Assembly: GCA_946637865.1 (NCBI GenBank)
Contig: CAMPBM010000003.1
Location: 1-44,857 of the forward strand
Source of the DNA: an uncultured Lachnospiraceae bacterium
GTDB taxonomy: Bacteria > Bacillota > Clostridia > TANB77 > CAG-508
Length of the DNA stretch: 44,857 nucleotides
Direction of reading: 5' to 3'
Shown here: positions 21,669 through 30,946 of the stretch, piece after piece
Position numbering within the stretch: position 1 is the first letter of the stretch
How the letters are laid out: the number at the start of each line of letters is the position of its first letter
Position numbers and translations under genes: made by a program
The notes under the pieces: model-generated
Seen by the model: only the letters and a program-made list of their open reading frames with translations
The model's database searches: none
What the model was told of the DNA's origin: nothing

Positions 21669-22568
21669 ATGCCTAATATGAAGATATCTGTTTTAACTCC
21701 TACATATAACAGAGCACATTTTCTAAAAAAATTATATAATAGTTTATTGGAAAATTCAAAATATGATGTAGAAATAGAGTGGCTTATTATGAATGATGGC
21801 TCAACAGACGAAACTAGAGATGTTGTAAAAAATTTTTTGACTGAAAAAAAAATTACTGTAAAATATTTTGAACAGGAAAATCAAGGAAAAATGAGTGCTA
21901 TTAACAATTTAATAGAATATGTAAGTGGTGATTTGATTATAGAATGTGATTCAGATGATTATTTTACTTCGGATGCATTCAAGATTATAAGTGATAACTA
22001 CAGAATAGATGAAAACCATATATATGCCTTATGCTTTTTAAAACTAGATTATAACAGAAAAGAAAATATGGGAAATAAATTCAAAAATAATAGAACGACC
22101 ATGTTTGATTTATATTTTAAAGAGGGAGAAAATGGAGAAAAAGCCTTGGTTTTTTATGCAAATATACGAAAAAAATACAAATACGAGTTGAAAAATGAAG
22201 AAAGATTCATTACCGAGGCAAGTATGTACCATAGAATGGATCAAAAATATCAAATTTTATGTATTAATCAGCCCATTATGATTTGTGAATATCAAGAAAA
22301 TGGATACACAAAAAATATATTAAAAGAATTTAAGGAAAATCCCTGTGGCTTTTATGAATATTTTAAAGAGATATTTGATCATAATATGAGCGGAGTTCCA
22401 ATCTCAAAAAGATTATATGTAATTAAACACTATATATTGTTTTCTTATTTATCAAAAAAAGGGTGGACATACAGCCAAGTGAAAGGTTTAAATAATAAAT
22501 TGCTGTATATACTGTTATATATTCCTGGAACTCTAAAAACTATGTATATGTTTAGAAAGAAGTTCTAA
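21669..22568 (+). CDS. GT2 glycosyltransferase
   Basis: SVLTPTYNRA, NDGSTD, ENQGK, CDSDD; start uncertain (21651/21669/21678). Confidence 0.92.
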   Translation: MPNMKISVLTPTYNRAHFLKKLYNSLLENSKYDVEIEWLIMNDGSTDETRDVVKNFLTEKKITVKYFEQENQGKMSAINNLIEYVSGDLIIECDSDDYFTSDAFKIISDNYRIDENHIYALCFLKLDYNRKENMGNKFKNNRTTMFDLYFKEGENGEKALVFYANIRKKYKYELKNEERFITEASMYHRMDQKYQILCINQPIMICEYQENGYTKNILKEFKENPCGFYEYFKEIFDHNMSGVPISKRLYVIKHYILFSYLSKKGWTYSQVKGLNNKLLYILLYIPGTLKTMYMFRKKF

Positions 22569-22672
22569 AATTATTTAACGTTTACAAAAAAGCTAAATGT
22601 AAAAATGATTTATTGAGAAAGGAGAGTATAATATATTAAGTTATTGAACTTTTATTATACAAGGAATTGAAT

Positions 22673-23536
22673 ATGAAGGAAAGAAAACGAAAATTAGAGA
22701 AAATATTAATTGGAGTTATATTTTTCTGTATATTACTAGTATTTGGAATGATTATATATGATAAAGCTACAGTTAATAACGAATATGGAATAAATGAAAA
22801 AAGTATTAATATACCAATTTTTGTATATCACAATATTGTTAATGATAAATCACAAATTGAATATGAATATATGCAAACTACAAAGGACGACTTTGAAAAA
22901 CAAATAAGAGGTTTAAAAGATTTTGGGTATAACTTTATTACATATGGTGAATTGAAACAATTTAAAGATAATGAGATAAAATTAAAAAAACGATCATGTA
23001 TATTAACATTTGATGATGGACTGGAAGGAGTATATAAAAATGCATATCCTGTAGCAAAAAAGCTTAACATTCCATTTACTATTTTTATAGTAGTAGATAA
23101 TATTGGACAAGATGGATGTATAACTTGGGAACAAGCAAGAGAAATGCAAGAGAGTGGATTAGTAACAATAGCATCGCATAGTATGGAGCATCCAAATTTT
23201 TCTGAATTAACAGTTGAACAAGCTGTGCAGAATGTAAATGATTCTTATAAAATAATTGAAGAAAAGCTTGGAAATCAAGCTATAAAGGTATTTACATATC
23301 CATATGGTTTATATACCGAAGAAGAGATAGTTGAGCTAGAAAAACAAGGATATATTCAGAATTTGACCGATAATAAAATAAATAAGAGTAAAAGTTTGGA
23401 TTTGAATAGGCTTCATAGGTGTTATCCGCTGAGTGATTCCAAGTATAAAATTTTATTAAAAATTTTATATAGAAGTATAAGATATAGCTGTATTTCTTAT
23501 CCATTATCGGTTGAAATTTATCTTGATAAATGGTAA
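22673..23536 (+). CDS. polysaccharide deacetylase (CE4)
   Basis: N-terminal TM, YH, LTFDDG, ASHSMEH, FTYPYG. Confidence 0.9.
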   Translation: MKERKRKLEKILIGVIFFCILLVFGMIIYDKATVNNEYGINEKSINIPIFVYHNIVNDKSQIEYEYMQTTKDDFEKQIRGLKDFGYNFITYGELKQFKDNEIKLKKRSCILTFDDGLEGVYKNAYPVAKKLNIPFTIFIVVDNIGQDGCITWEQAREMQESGLVTIASHSMEHPNFSELTVEQAVQNVNDSYKIIEEKLGNQAIKVFTYPYGLYTEEEIVELEKQGYIQNLTDNKINKSKSLDLNRLHRCYPLSDSKYKILLKILYRSIRYSCISYPLSVEIYLDKW

Positions 23537-23688
23537 AATAGTTGAGAATTAAGTATAAGCAATTATTGAAAGAGGTGATAGATAAAAGGTAGTCTTGTAA
23601 ATTTTTATAGATAATAAATAAGAAAAAATAATAAATAAGATGATATAAAGATTATTTTGCAATAAATTTTAGAAAGAAGGGAAAACTT

Positions 23689-24429
23689 TTGAGTAAAAAC
23701 AAAGAGTGCGTGATAGATGTCCAAAATGTATACAAAAATTTTAATGTATATTATGACAGAACTAACACAATTAAAGAAAGGTTAATATTTTGGAAAAGTA
23801 GTAGAAAAGAAAAAAGGGAAATTTTGAAAGGCGTGAGTCTTAAAATTAATAGAGGTGAAGTTGTAGGACTTATAGGAGTAAATGGAAGTGGAAAATCTAC
23901 ACTGCTAAAACTAATGACAAAGATTATTTATCCTAATAAAGGAACTATTTCTACAAGGGGTAAACTAACTTCTTTATTGGAATTGGGTGCAGGTTTTCAT
24001 CCAGATTTTTCTGGAAGAGAAAATATATATTTTAATGCATCTATTTTCGGATTGACTAAAAAAGAAATAGATAAAAGAATTAATCAAATTATAGAATTTT
24101 CAGAATTAGAAAACTTTATAGATAACCCAGTAAGAACTTATTCATCAGGAATGTATATGAGGCTTGCATTTTCTGTGGCTATAAATGTAGATGCAGAAAT
24201 TTTATTAATTGATGAAATTTTATCTGTTGGAGATGCACATTTTCAGGAAAAATGTTTCCAAAAGTTAGAAGAGTTAAAAGATGAAGGAAAAACTATAGTT
24301 TTTGTTACTCATGGAATGGGAGCTGTAAAAAGATTTTGCACAAGAGCAGTATGGCTACATGAAGGAAAAATAAAGATGGATGGAGAAATAGATCAAGTTA
24401 TCAAAAGATATGAAGAAGAAACAAAATAA
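23689..24429 (+). CDS. wzt: polysaccharide ABC exporter ATPase (Wzt/TagH), no C-terminal binding domain
   Basis: GVNGSGKST, LELGAGF, YSSGM, IDEILSVGD; 246 aa; TTG start. Confidence 0.93.
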   Translation: MSKNKECVIDVQNVYKNFNVYYDRTNTIKERLIFWKSSRKEKREILKGVSLKINRGEVVGLIGVNGSGKSTLLKLMTKIIYPNKGTISTRGKLTSLLELGAGFHPDFSGRENIYFNASIFGLTKKEIDKRINQIIEFSELENFIDNPVRTYSSGMYMRLAFSVAINVDAEILLIDEILSVGDAHFQEKCFQKLEELKDEGKTIVFVTHGMGAVKRFCTRAVWLHEGKIKMDGEIDQVIKRYEEETK

Positions 24430-24492
24430 TATTTAAGGAAAGGAGTATAAACAAATTTTAATACGAAATTATTTGTTTATAATTAATAAAAA

Positions 24493-25267
24493 ATGAATGT
24501 TTTTAAAAGAATATACGACTATAGAGAATTATTAAAGAATAATGTAAAAAAAGATATAAGAGGACGATATAAAAAATCTGTTTTAGGTGTACTATGGACT
24601 TTTTTAAATCCGTTATTACAGTTGGCGGTGTATGCGTTTATATTTCCAAAAATTCTAAAAACAACTCAACAATATTATGTAATATTTGTATGTGTAGGAT
24701 TAATACCATGGACATTCTTTACAACAGCAATTTCTCAATCAACATGGGCGATATTGCGGAAATGCCAATATTGTAAAAAAAGTATATTTCCCGAGAGAGA
24801 TTCTGCCAATTTCTGTAGTTACAAGTGCGACAGTTAATTTTGTAATATCAACGATTATAATTATTGCGTTCTGTCTGGGATATGGATTGGGATTAACAAA
24901 ATATATATTATTTTATCCATTAGTGCTGATAGTTCAATATATATTTCAACTTGGAATTGCATTTATATTATCAGCAGTTACAGTGTATTTTAGAGATTTA
25001 GAACATTTCGTACAAATAATACTGATGCTATTATTCTATGGTACTCCTATTGTATACTCAGGGGACATGATTCCAGAGGCAGTTCGAGGAATGATTTATC
25101 TTAATCCTATGACACACATTATTGAGGCATATAGAAATATATTCTATAAACAGATAAGACCAGATCTTTCGGAACTTGGAACAGTTTTAATATTATCAAT
25201 TATACTATGTGTTGTTGGATATTTTATCTTTAAAAAATTACAAAAGGGATTTGCAGAAGAATTATAA
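24493..25267 (+). CDS. wzm: polysaccharide ABC exporter permease (Wzm/TagG) with +1 frameshift at CGG 24757-24759 (~257 aa)
   Basis: RYK.S.LG.LW..LNPL, then TTG-C-GGA continues GNANIVKKVYFPRE...FRDL..TPIVY..NPM. Confidence 0.9.
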
Positions 25268-25286
25268 TAAAGCGAGGTGAAACCCA

Positions 25287-26390
25287 ATGTGGGGAGACAT
25301 ATCAATAGCGTTCCTACTAGCCTTTGTAACAGCCTTTGTAATGACACCACATACAATAAGACTAGCAAATAAAGTAGGAGCCATAGATAAACCAGAGAAA
25401 AGAAGAATAAATGAAGAACCAACACCGAGACTAGGAGGAATTGCAGTAATTGTAGGCTTTCTAGTGTCATGCACATATTTACTAATTATAATGACACTAG
25501 AAAAGAATTTTTTCCCTTTTGGAGAAGAACAATATTTTCATAAGTTAATGGGATTTTTTATAGGAATAATAATCTTGGCAATATTTTGTTTCGCAGACGA
25601 CGTAAAAGGCCTTCCTGCAATTATTAAACTAATAGGACAAACCATTGCAGCAATAGCAGTCGTTTCGTTCGGAACTAGAATAGACAATGTAAACATTCCA
25701 TTCTTAGAACAAACGCTAAACATAGATAACAGTATCTATGTATACATCCTATCAGTAGGTTGGATAGTAGGAATAACAAATGCAATAAACCTAATAGACG
25801 GGTTAGATGGACTATCATCAGGTATTACACTAATATCATGTTTTTCATTGATAATAGTATTCACAATGAATCAATCGCCAATTATAGCAATCATATTAAT
25901 TACTGCACTAGCAGGAGCCATAGTAGGGTTCATACCATATAACTTTAACCCAGCTAAAACCTTCATAGGTGATACAGGTGCGCAATTTCTAGGTTTTGCA
26001 CTAGCAGTTATCTCAATTCTAGGAACTGCAAAAACCTACACATTGCTTGTATTAATATCACCTTTAATAATACTAGCATTACCTATTGCAGACACATTAT
26101 TTGCTATAGTTAGAAGAATAATAAAAGGAAAATCTATAAAAGCAATTTTCTCTCCAGACACAGGACATTTGCACCATAAATTAATGAAAAAGGGATATAC
26201 CCAAAAACAAGCAGTATTAATTCTTTACGGAATTAGCGCATGTTTAGGTATGTTTGCGATTATTCTATTGGAGAGTGGAATTTGGAAAGCAATTTCTTTT
26301 GCTTTAATGATTATTGCTGTAATTGCAGTTGGATACAAGGATTTCTTTAATATTGAGCAAGAAAAAAGTAAAAGAGAAAGCAAGAAATAG
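25287..26390 (+). CDS. tagO: undecaprenyl-phosphate GlcNAc-1-phosphate transferase (TagO/WecA)
   Basis: PRLGG, DD, NAINLIDGLDGL, FIGDTG, HLHHKL. Confidence 0.92.
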   Translation: MWGDISIAFLLAFVTAFVMTPHTIRLANKVGAIDKPEKRRINEEPTPRLGGIAVIVGFLVSCTYLLIIMTLEKNFFPFGEEQYFHKLMGFFIGIIILAIFCFADDVKGLPAIIKLIGQTIAAIAVVSFGTRIDNVNIPFLEQTLNIDNSIYVYILSVGWIVGITNAINLIDGLDGLSSGITLISCFSLIIVFTMNQSPIIAIILITALAGAIVGFIPYNFNPAKTFIGDTGAQFLGFALAVISILGTAKTYTLLVLISPLIILALPIADTLFAIVRRIIKGKSIKAIFSPDTGHLHHKLMKKGYTQKQAVLILYGISACLGMFAIILLESGIWKAISFALMIIAVIAVGYKDFFNIEQEKSKRESKK

Positions 26391-26439
26391 TATAGAATGT
26401 TGAACTTATATAAATGAAAAGTATATAAGAGGTAAATAA

Positions 26440-28407
26440 ATGAATAGTTTAAAAAATGATAATGCTGAAGCTGAAGGCGTTGAAGAATTACTAAAAAAAC
26501 AATCTAGCATTTCAACGGTGGATTTTAAAAAATTGTTACTAAAAATATCAAGAAAAATAGTCAGAACCAGATTATTTATATTGTTAACAGGTATAATATT
26601 ATTGTTAAAAACCGTTTTACTATATAAAGTAACAATATTTGCAAATAAAACATTGGAATTTGAAAGCATATATATGGCAACATGTTTTATAGCTATATGC
26701 GTAACTATACCAATGCTATTGAAAGGTAGAGCAAGGTTTCTAATAAGTTTATTAGTAAATTTAATAATAAGTATACTATTAATGATAAATGAAATATATT
26801 ACTCATTTTCATCAAACTTAGTATCAGTTTCTCAGATATCAAATTTGCAGTATGGAAAAGAGATATCCCTAGCGTTGCCTAATTTGATACATATAAGACA
26901 AATTTTATATATTGTCGACATAATAGTTTTTTCCGTAATATATCTGGTTAAAAGAAAAAAAAGAAAAATAGAAAGAAACTTTTCAATAATACCTGGCCTA
27001 GTATATTTAGTAGTAATGATTTTGATGTCAAACAATATAAATCAAACATGGTTAACAGAAGCAAGGAAACATCCGTACAATAAAATCTTACAAATAGAAG
27101 CTTCAAGTATCTATGGCTATCATGTGTTAGACATACAAAATAGTCTTAACATGAAGCAAAATGTAAAATATAAAACGAAAGCAGATATGCTAAAAACATA
27201 TGATAAATTAATGGAAGATTATGATGAAAAATATCCACTAAAATATGATTTTGGGGGTATTGCCAAAGATAAAAATGTAATAGTAGTCCAATTAGAATCT
27301 GTGCAGAATTTTGTCGTAAATAGAAAAATTAATGGTAAGGAAATAACCCCAAATTTAAATAAATTTCTTAAAGAAAATATAGAGTTTACAAATATGCAAA
27401 ATCAAAGCTACAGTACAACAGCAGACTCAGAACATACAGTAATGAATTCACTATATCCATTAGAAAATGGAATGTCATTTGCACAATATTCTTCTAACGA
27501 TTATAATAATATTTATCAAAATTTTAAAAATAACGACTACATAACCACATACATTCATGGCAATGATGGAGCCTTCTGGAATAGACAGGCAGTTTATTCA
27601 AGGTTACCAATTGACCACTTATACTTTGATAATGTGTTTGATGAAAATGTTGAAAGGATAAATGAATATGTTTCAGATGAACAAGTATATAGAAAAGTAG
27701 TGAATGAAATAAAAAACTATGATGATAAGTTCTATGTAAACATTGTTGCCGCATCTTCTCATACCCCATTTGAGCTAGATGGTATAGAAGATAAAGAGAA
27801 AAAAGTAAATATAGATGTAGGGGATGAGTATAGAGGTATTTATTTTGGAAATTACCTAGAAGCTGTAAACTATGCGGATTATGCTTTTGGAATATTCATA
27901 GACGAGCTAAAAAAAGCAGATTTGTATGATGACACCGTAATATTAGTTTATGGAGATCATGCAGGTTTACAAATGTATAATTGGGAAATGCAAGATTTCA
28001 TAAAAGAAGTTAGACCGCTAAATGATATTCAAACTCAAATTAATTATACTAGTATACTTTGTGGATTGAAAATTCCTGGAATAGAAAGATTAAAAATAGA
28101 GAAGCCAACAAGTAAGATTGATTTAAAACCAACGTTAATGGAAATTTGTGGTATAGAAGATAAGTTCTCATTAGGCAGAAGTCTGTTTTCTACGAAAGAT
28201 TTTGTATGTATAAATAATGGAAAAATTATTACGGATAAATATTTTTACGATGGTGAATGGTATTCAATAGAAACAGGCGAGCATCTTGACTTAGAAAGCA
28301 TGTCGGAAGATGAAGTACAAAAGTTAAATCATTATTGCGATTGCTTGCAAAAAGAATTAGATATTTCACTTTCGGTTAATATAATGAATTTGTTAAAAAA
28401 TCTCTAA
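26440..28407 (+). CDS. LTA synthase family / sulfatase-domain membrane protein
   Basis: N-terminal TMs, NVIVVQLES, TADSE, SSHTPF, YGDH. Confidence 0.88.
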   Translation: MNSLKNDNAEAEGVEELLKKQSSISTVDFKKLLLKISRKIVRTRLFILLTGIILLLKTVLLYKVTIFANKTLEFESIYMATCFIAICVTIPMLLKGRARFLISLLVNLIISILLMINEIYYSFSSNLVSVSQISNLQYGKEISLALPNLIHIRQILYIVDIIVFSVIYLVKRKKRKIERNFSIIPGLVYLVVMILMSNNINQTWLTEARKHPYNKILQIEASSIYGYHVLDIQNSLNMKQNVKYKTKADMLKTYDKLMEDYDEKYPLKYDFGGIAKDKNVIVVQLESVQNFVVNRKINGKEITPNLNKFLKENIEFTNMQNQSYSTTADSEHTVMNSLYPLENGMSFAQYSSNDYNNIYQNFKNNDYITTYIHGNDGAFWNRQAVYSRLPIDHLYFDNVFDENVERINEYVSDEQVYRKVVNEIKNYDDKFYVNIVAASSHTPFELDGIEDKEKKVNIDVGDEYRGIYFGNYLEAVNYADYAFGIFIDELKKADLYDDTVILVYGDHAGLQMYNWEMQDFIKEVRPLNDIQTQINYTSILCGLKIPGIERLKIEKPTSKIDLKPTLMEICGIEDKFSLGRSLFSTKDFVCINNGKIITDKYFYDGEWYSIETGEHLDLESMSEDEVQKLNHYCDCLQKELDISLSVNIMNLLKNL

Positions 28408-28590
28408 TTGGGGACGGAGAAAATTTTAAAAATTTAAAACAGGGGACGGAAATAATTTGAATATTTTAAAGTTATAGTGCAAAAATTGTAACAATATAAC
28501 GAATTAGTATTTTTGGGGATATCTTTCCAAAATAGGCTTACTACCTGATTTTGAAAGGTGTCCCTAAAAACGCAAGGATGTCCCAAAAAT
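28408..28590. repeat. degenerate GGGACGG/CCGTCCC REP-like cluster
   Basis: ttggggacgg and aggggacgg followed by ggtgtccct and gatgtccca. Confidence 0.5.
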
Positions 28591-28636
28591 ATCCAAAATT
28601 TGTTACTGTTTAACACTTTTTACAAAATATTCTACC

Positions 28637-28793
28637 CAAGCTTTAGAATTATGTAGCGTTCTGAAATATATTAATACTCCGTTCGCATACTGGCGATTAG
28701 ATTTGAGAGAAGGACATAAGGTGGGAGCGCCTTTACTAGCACACTCCACTTCGTATTAATATATTCCAGAACGCTATATAATTCTAAGGCTTG
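28637..28793. repeat. 41-bp inverted repeat element (MITE/REP-like)
   Basis: Arms 28637-28677 and 28753-28793 pair at 38/41; followed by agctactc. Confidence 0.85.
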
Positions 28794-28865
28794 AGCTACT
28801 CAAAAGACGAAACTGCTAAACAGTAACCCAGATTTCACAAATTTAACGAAAGGACGGTAACACTA

Positions 28866-29864
28866 ATGGAAGACGAAAGAATATTAAAGCCAGAAATAGA
28901 GGATTTCAATGAAGAAAGACTAGAAACATCGTTAAGACCAAGATTCCTAAACGAGTACATAGGTCAATCTAAAGTAAAAGAAAATATGAAAATATATATA
29001 GAAGCAGCAAAGAAAAGAAAAGAACCCTTAGACCATGTTTTATTATATGGACCTCCAGGTCTTGGTAAAACCACCTTGGCAAATATCATTTCAAATGAAA
29101 TGAATTCTAATATAAAAGTAACATCAGGCCCAGCAATAGAAAAAGCAGGAGATTTAGCAGCGTTATTAACTAATCTACAAGAATTTGATGTACTTTTTAT
29201 AGATGAAATTCATAGACTTAATAAAAATGTTGAGGAAATATTATATCCTGCCTTAGAGGATTTTACATTAGATATAATAATAGGAAAAGGTCCTACTGCT
29301 AAGTCAATTAGGATAGATTTGCCAAAGTTTACTTTAATTGGGGCTACTACTAAGGCAGGAACCCTATCTACGCCACTAAGGGATAGATTTGGTATAGTGG
29401 ATAGATTGGAATTATATAACATAGATGACCTATCTTTTATTGTAAAGCGTTCTTCTAAAATCTTAAATATCGGAATTGATAATGAATCAGCAATAGAAAT
29501 AGCTAGACGTTCTAGAGGAACTCCTAGAATAGCTAATAGACTACTAAAAAGAGTTAGGGATTATGCATCGGTTTTGGGTGATGGTAATATAGACATAAAA
29601 GTTACGAAGATGGCGTTGAATAGGTTAGAGATAGATGAAATGGGATTAGATGAGATAGATAGAAAGTTGCTGGATGTAATGATTACTAAATATGCAGGTA
29701 GACCAGTTGGAATTGATACTTTGGCGACTACTATTGGTGAGGAAGTAGAAACTTTAGAAGATGTGTATGAGCCTTATTTAATACAAATCGGTTTTATTTC
29801 TAGAACTGTAAGAGGTAGAATTCCGTTACCACCAGCGTATGAACATTTGGGATATGAGATGTGA
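28866..29864 (+). CDS. ruvB: Holliday junction branch migration ATPase RuvB
   Basis: LRP....[41 protein letters not shown]. Confidence 0.98.
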   Translation: MEDERILKPEIEDFNEERLETSLRPRFLNEYIGQSKVKENMKIYIEAAKKRKEPLDHVLLYGPPGLGKTTLANIISNEMNSNIKVTSGPAIEKAGDLAALLTNLQEFDVLFIDEIHRLNKNVEEILYPALEDFTLDIIIGKGPTAKSIRIDLPKFTLIGATTKAGTLSTPLRDRFGIVDRLELYNIDDLSFIVKRSSKILNIGIDNESAIEIARRSRGTPRIANRLLKRVRDYASVLGDGNIDIKVTKMALNRLEIDEMGLDEIDRKLLDVMITKYAGRPVGIDTLATTIGEEVETLEDVYEPYLIQIGFISRTVRGRIPLPPAYEHLGYEM

Positions 29865-29918
29865 AACCGTCTAATCTATTAAATAGAAAGTTACAATTTA
29901 CGTCTTTTGCAATAAGCC

Positions 29919-30189
29919 GTCCAATATAAGAATTATGCTAATCGCAAAAAAATATATTAACAGCTAACGCATAAGTTATTTGTAGTTCGCTTCGCTTCAC
30001 ACAACTAACTTAATTTCGCAAACTTGCTGGCTCGGCTTTGTCAAAAGGCAAAAGGAATCTACGAAATAGTGTAAAGTTTTGATATGGTCTATTCCTTTTG
30101 CTTCTTTTGACAAACCTTGCCAATACTTTAGCGTTTAGGGCTACATTGTTAATATATTTTTTCGCTCTTACATAATTCTTATATTGGAC
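29919..30189. repeat. nested multi-hairpin element (MITE or structured RNA)
   Basis: 19-bp perfect outer IR gtccaatataagaattatg, a second stem (aaaaaatatattaaca), and inner hairpins at ~29972-30012 and ~30037-30114. Confidence 0.85.
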
Positions 30190-30314
30190 TACTCAGAAAA
30201 AATGGCTGACCTGTAACATAGAAACAAAACAATTTGCATAACTTCCTAAAACTGTTTACTTTTTTTCTTCGCAATGTTATAATTAGACAAGATAAAAACG
30301 AAGGGAGCCACGAA

Positions 30315-30674
30315 ATGGAAAGAAAAGTTGTTTTTGCGGGGAGAATCAAGCCAGGCATATCAAAAAGTAAAAATTGTTTAGAAATAATAAATAAGATAAA
30401 TACTTTTAAAATGAACAAGCAAATGAAACAAATCCTATTTTTGGCTGTAATGAAGATATTCCCAGAAGATAAAAGGAATAAGGATATAATATTTCACTTA
30501 GAATCGTTTAAGAAAAATGGGAGTATATATCCAGAGTTCAGTTCAAGTAAATACATTCAAAATGTAATTAATGAGGTAAAGTCAATCAACAATGAAGACT
30601 TTGCAAAATATATAGAAAAACTAATAGACTTCGTAAAAGTAAATAATATTGAATTTAGATATGATCAAAAATAA
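30315..30674 (+). CDS. hypothetical protein (~119 aa)
   Basis: GGGAG RBS before ATG 30315; K/N/I-rich ORF. Confidence 0.55.
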   Translation: MERKVVFAGRIKPGISKSKNCLEIINKINTFKMNKQMKQILFLAVMKIFPEDKRNKDIIFHLESFKKNGSIYPEFSSSKYIQNVINEVKSINNEDFAKYIEKLIDFVKVNNIEFRYDQK

Positions 30675-30677
30675 AAA

Positions 30678-30925
30678 GTAGTGGGCTACTTAAGCGCTCC
30701 ACAACAGAAAAATACTCTCTTATTTCCTCAATAATATGAAAGTAATTTCTTCGTAGTGGAGCACATTATGCTCCATAACACAGAAGAATTCCCTATTTCC
30801 TCAATAACATGAAAGTAATTTCTTCGTAGTTGAGCACATTGTGCTTCATAACACAGAAGAATTTCATTTTTCCTCAATAACATGAGAGTAACCCACTCGT
30901 AGTAGGCTACTCAAGTGCTCCATAA
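30678..30925. repeat. tandem ~73-bp repeat with GTAG plus hairpin (REP/BIME-like), 4 copies
   Basis: GTAG at 30678, 30753, 30826 and 30899; hairpin ggagcacattatgctcc. Confidence 0.85.
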
Positions 30926-30946
30926 AATAGAAATATATTCACACCC

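Noticed and set aside
30678-30925. CRISPR array
   Set aside because: Inter-hairpin segments are near-identical rather than unique spacers; no cas genes
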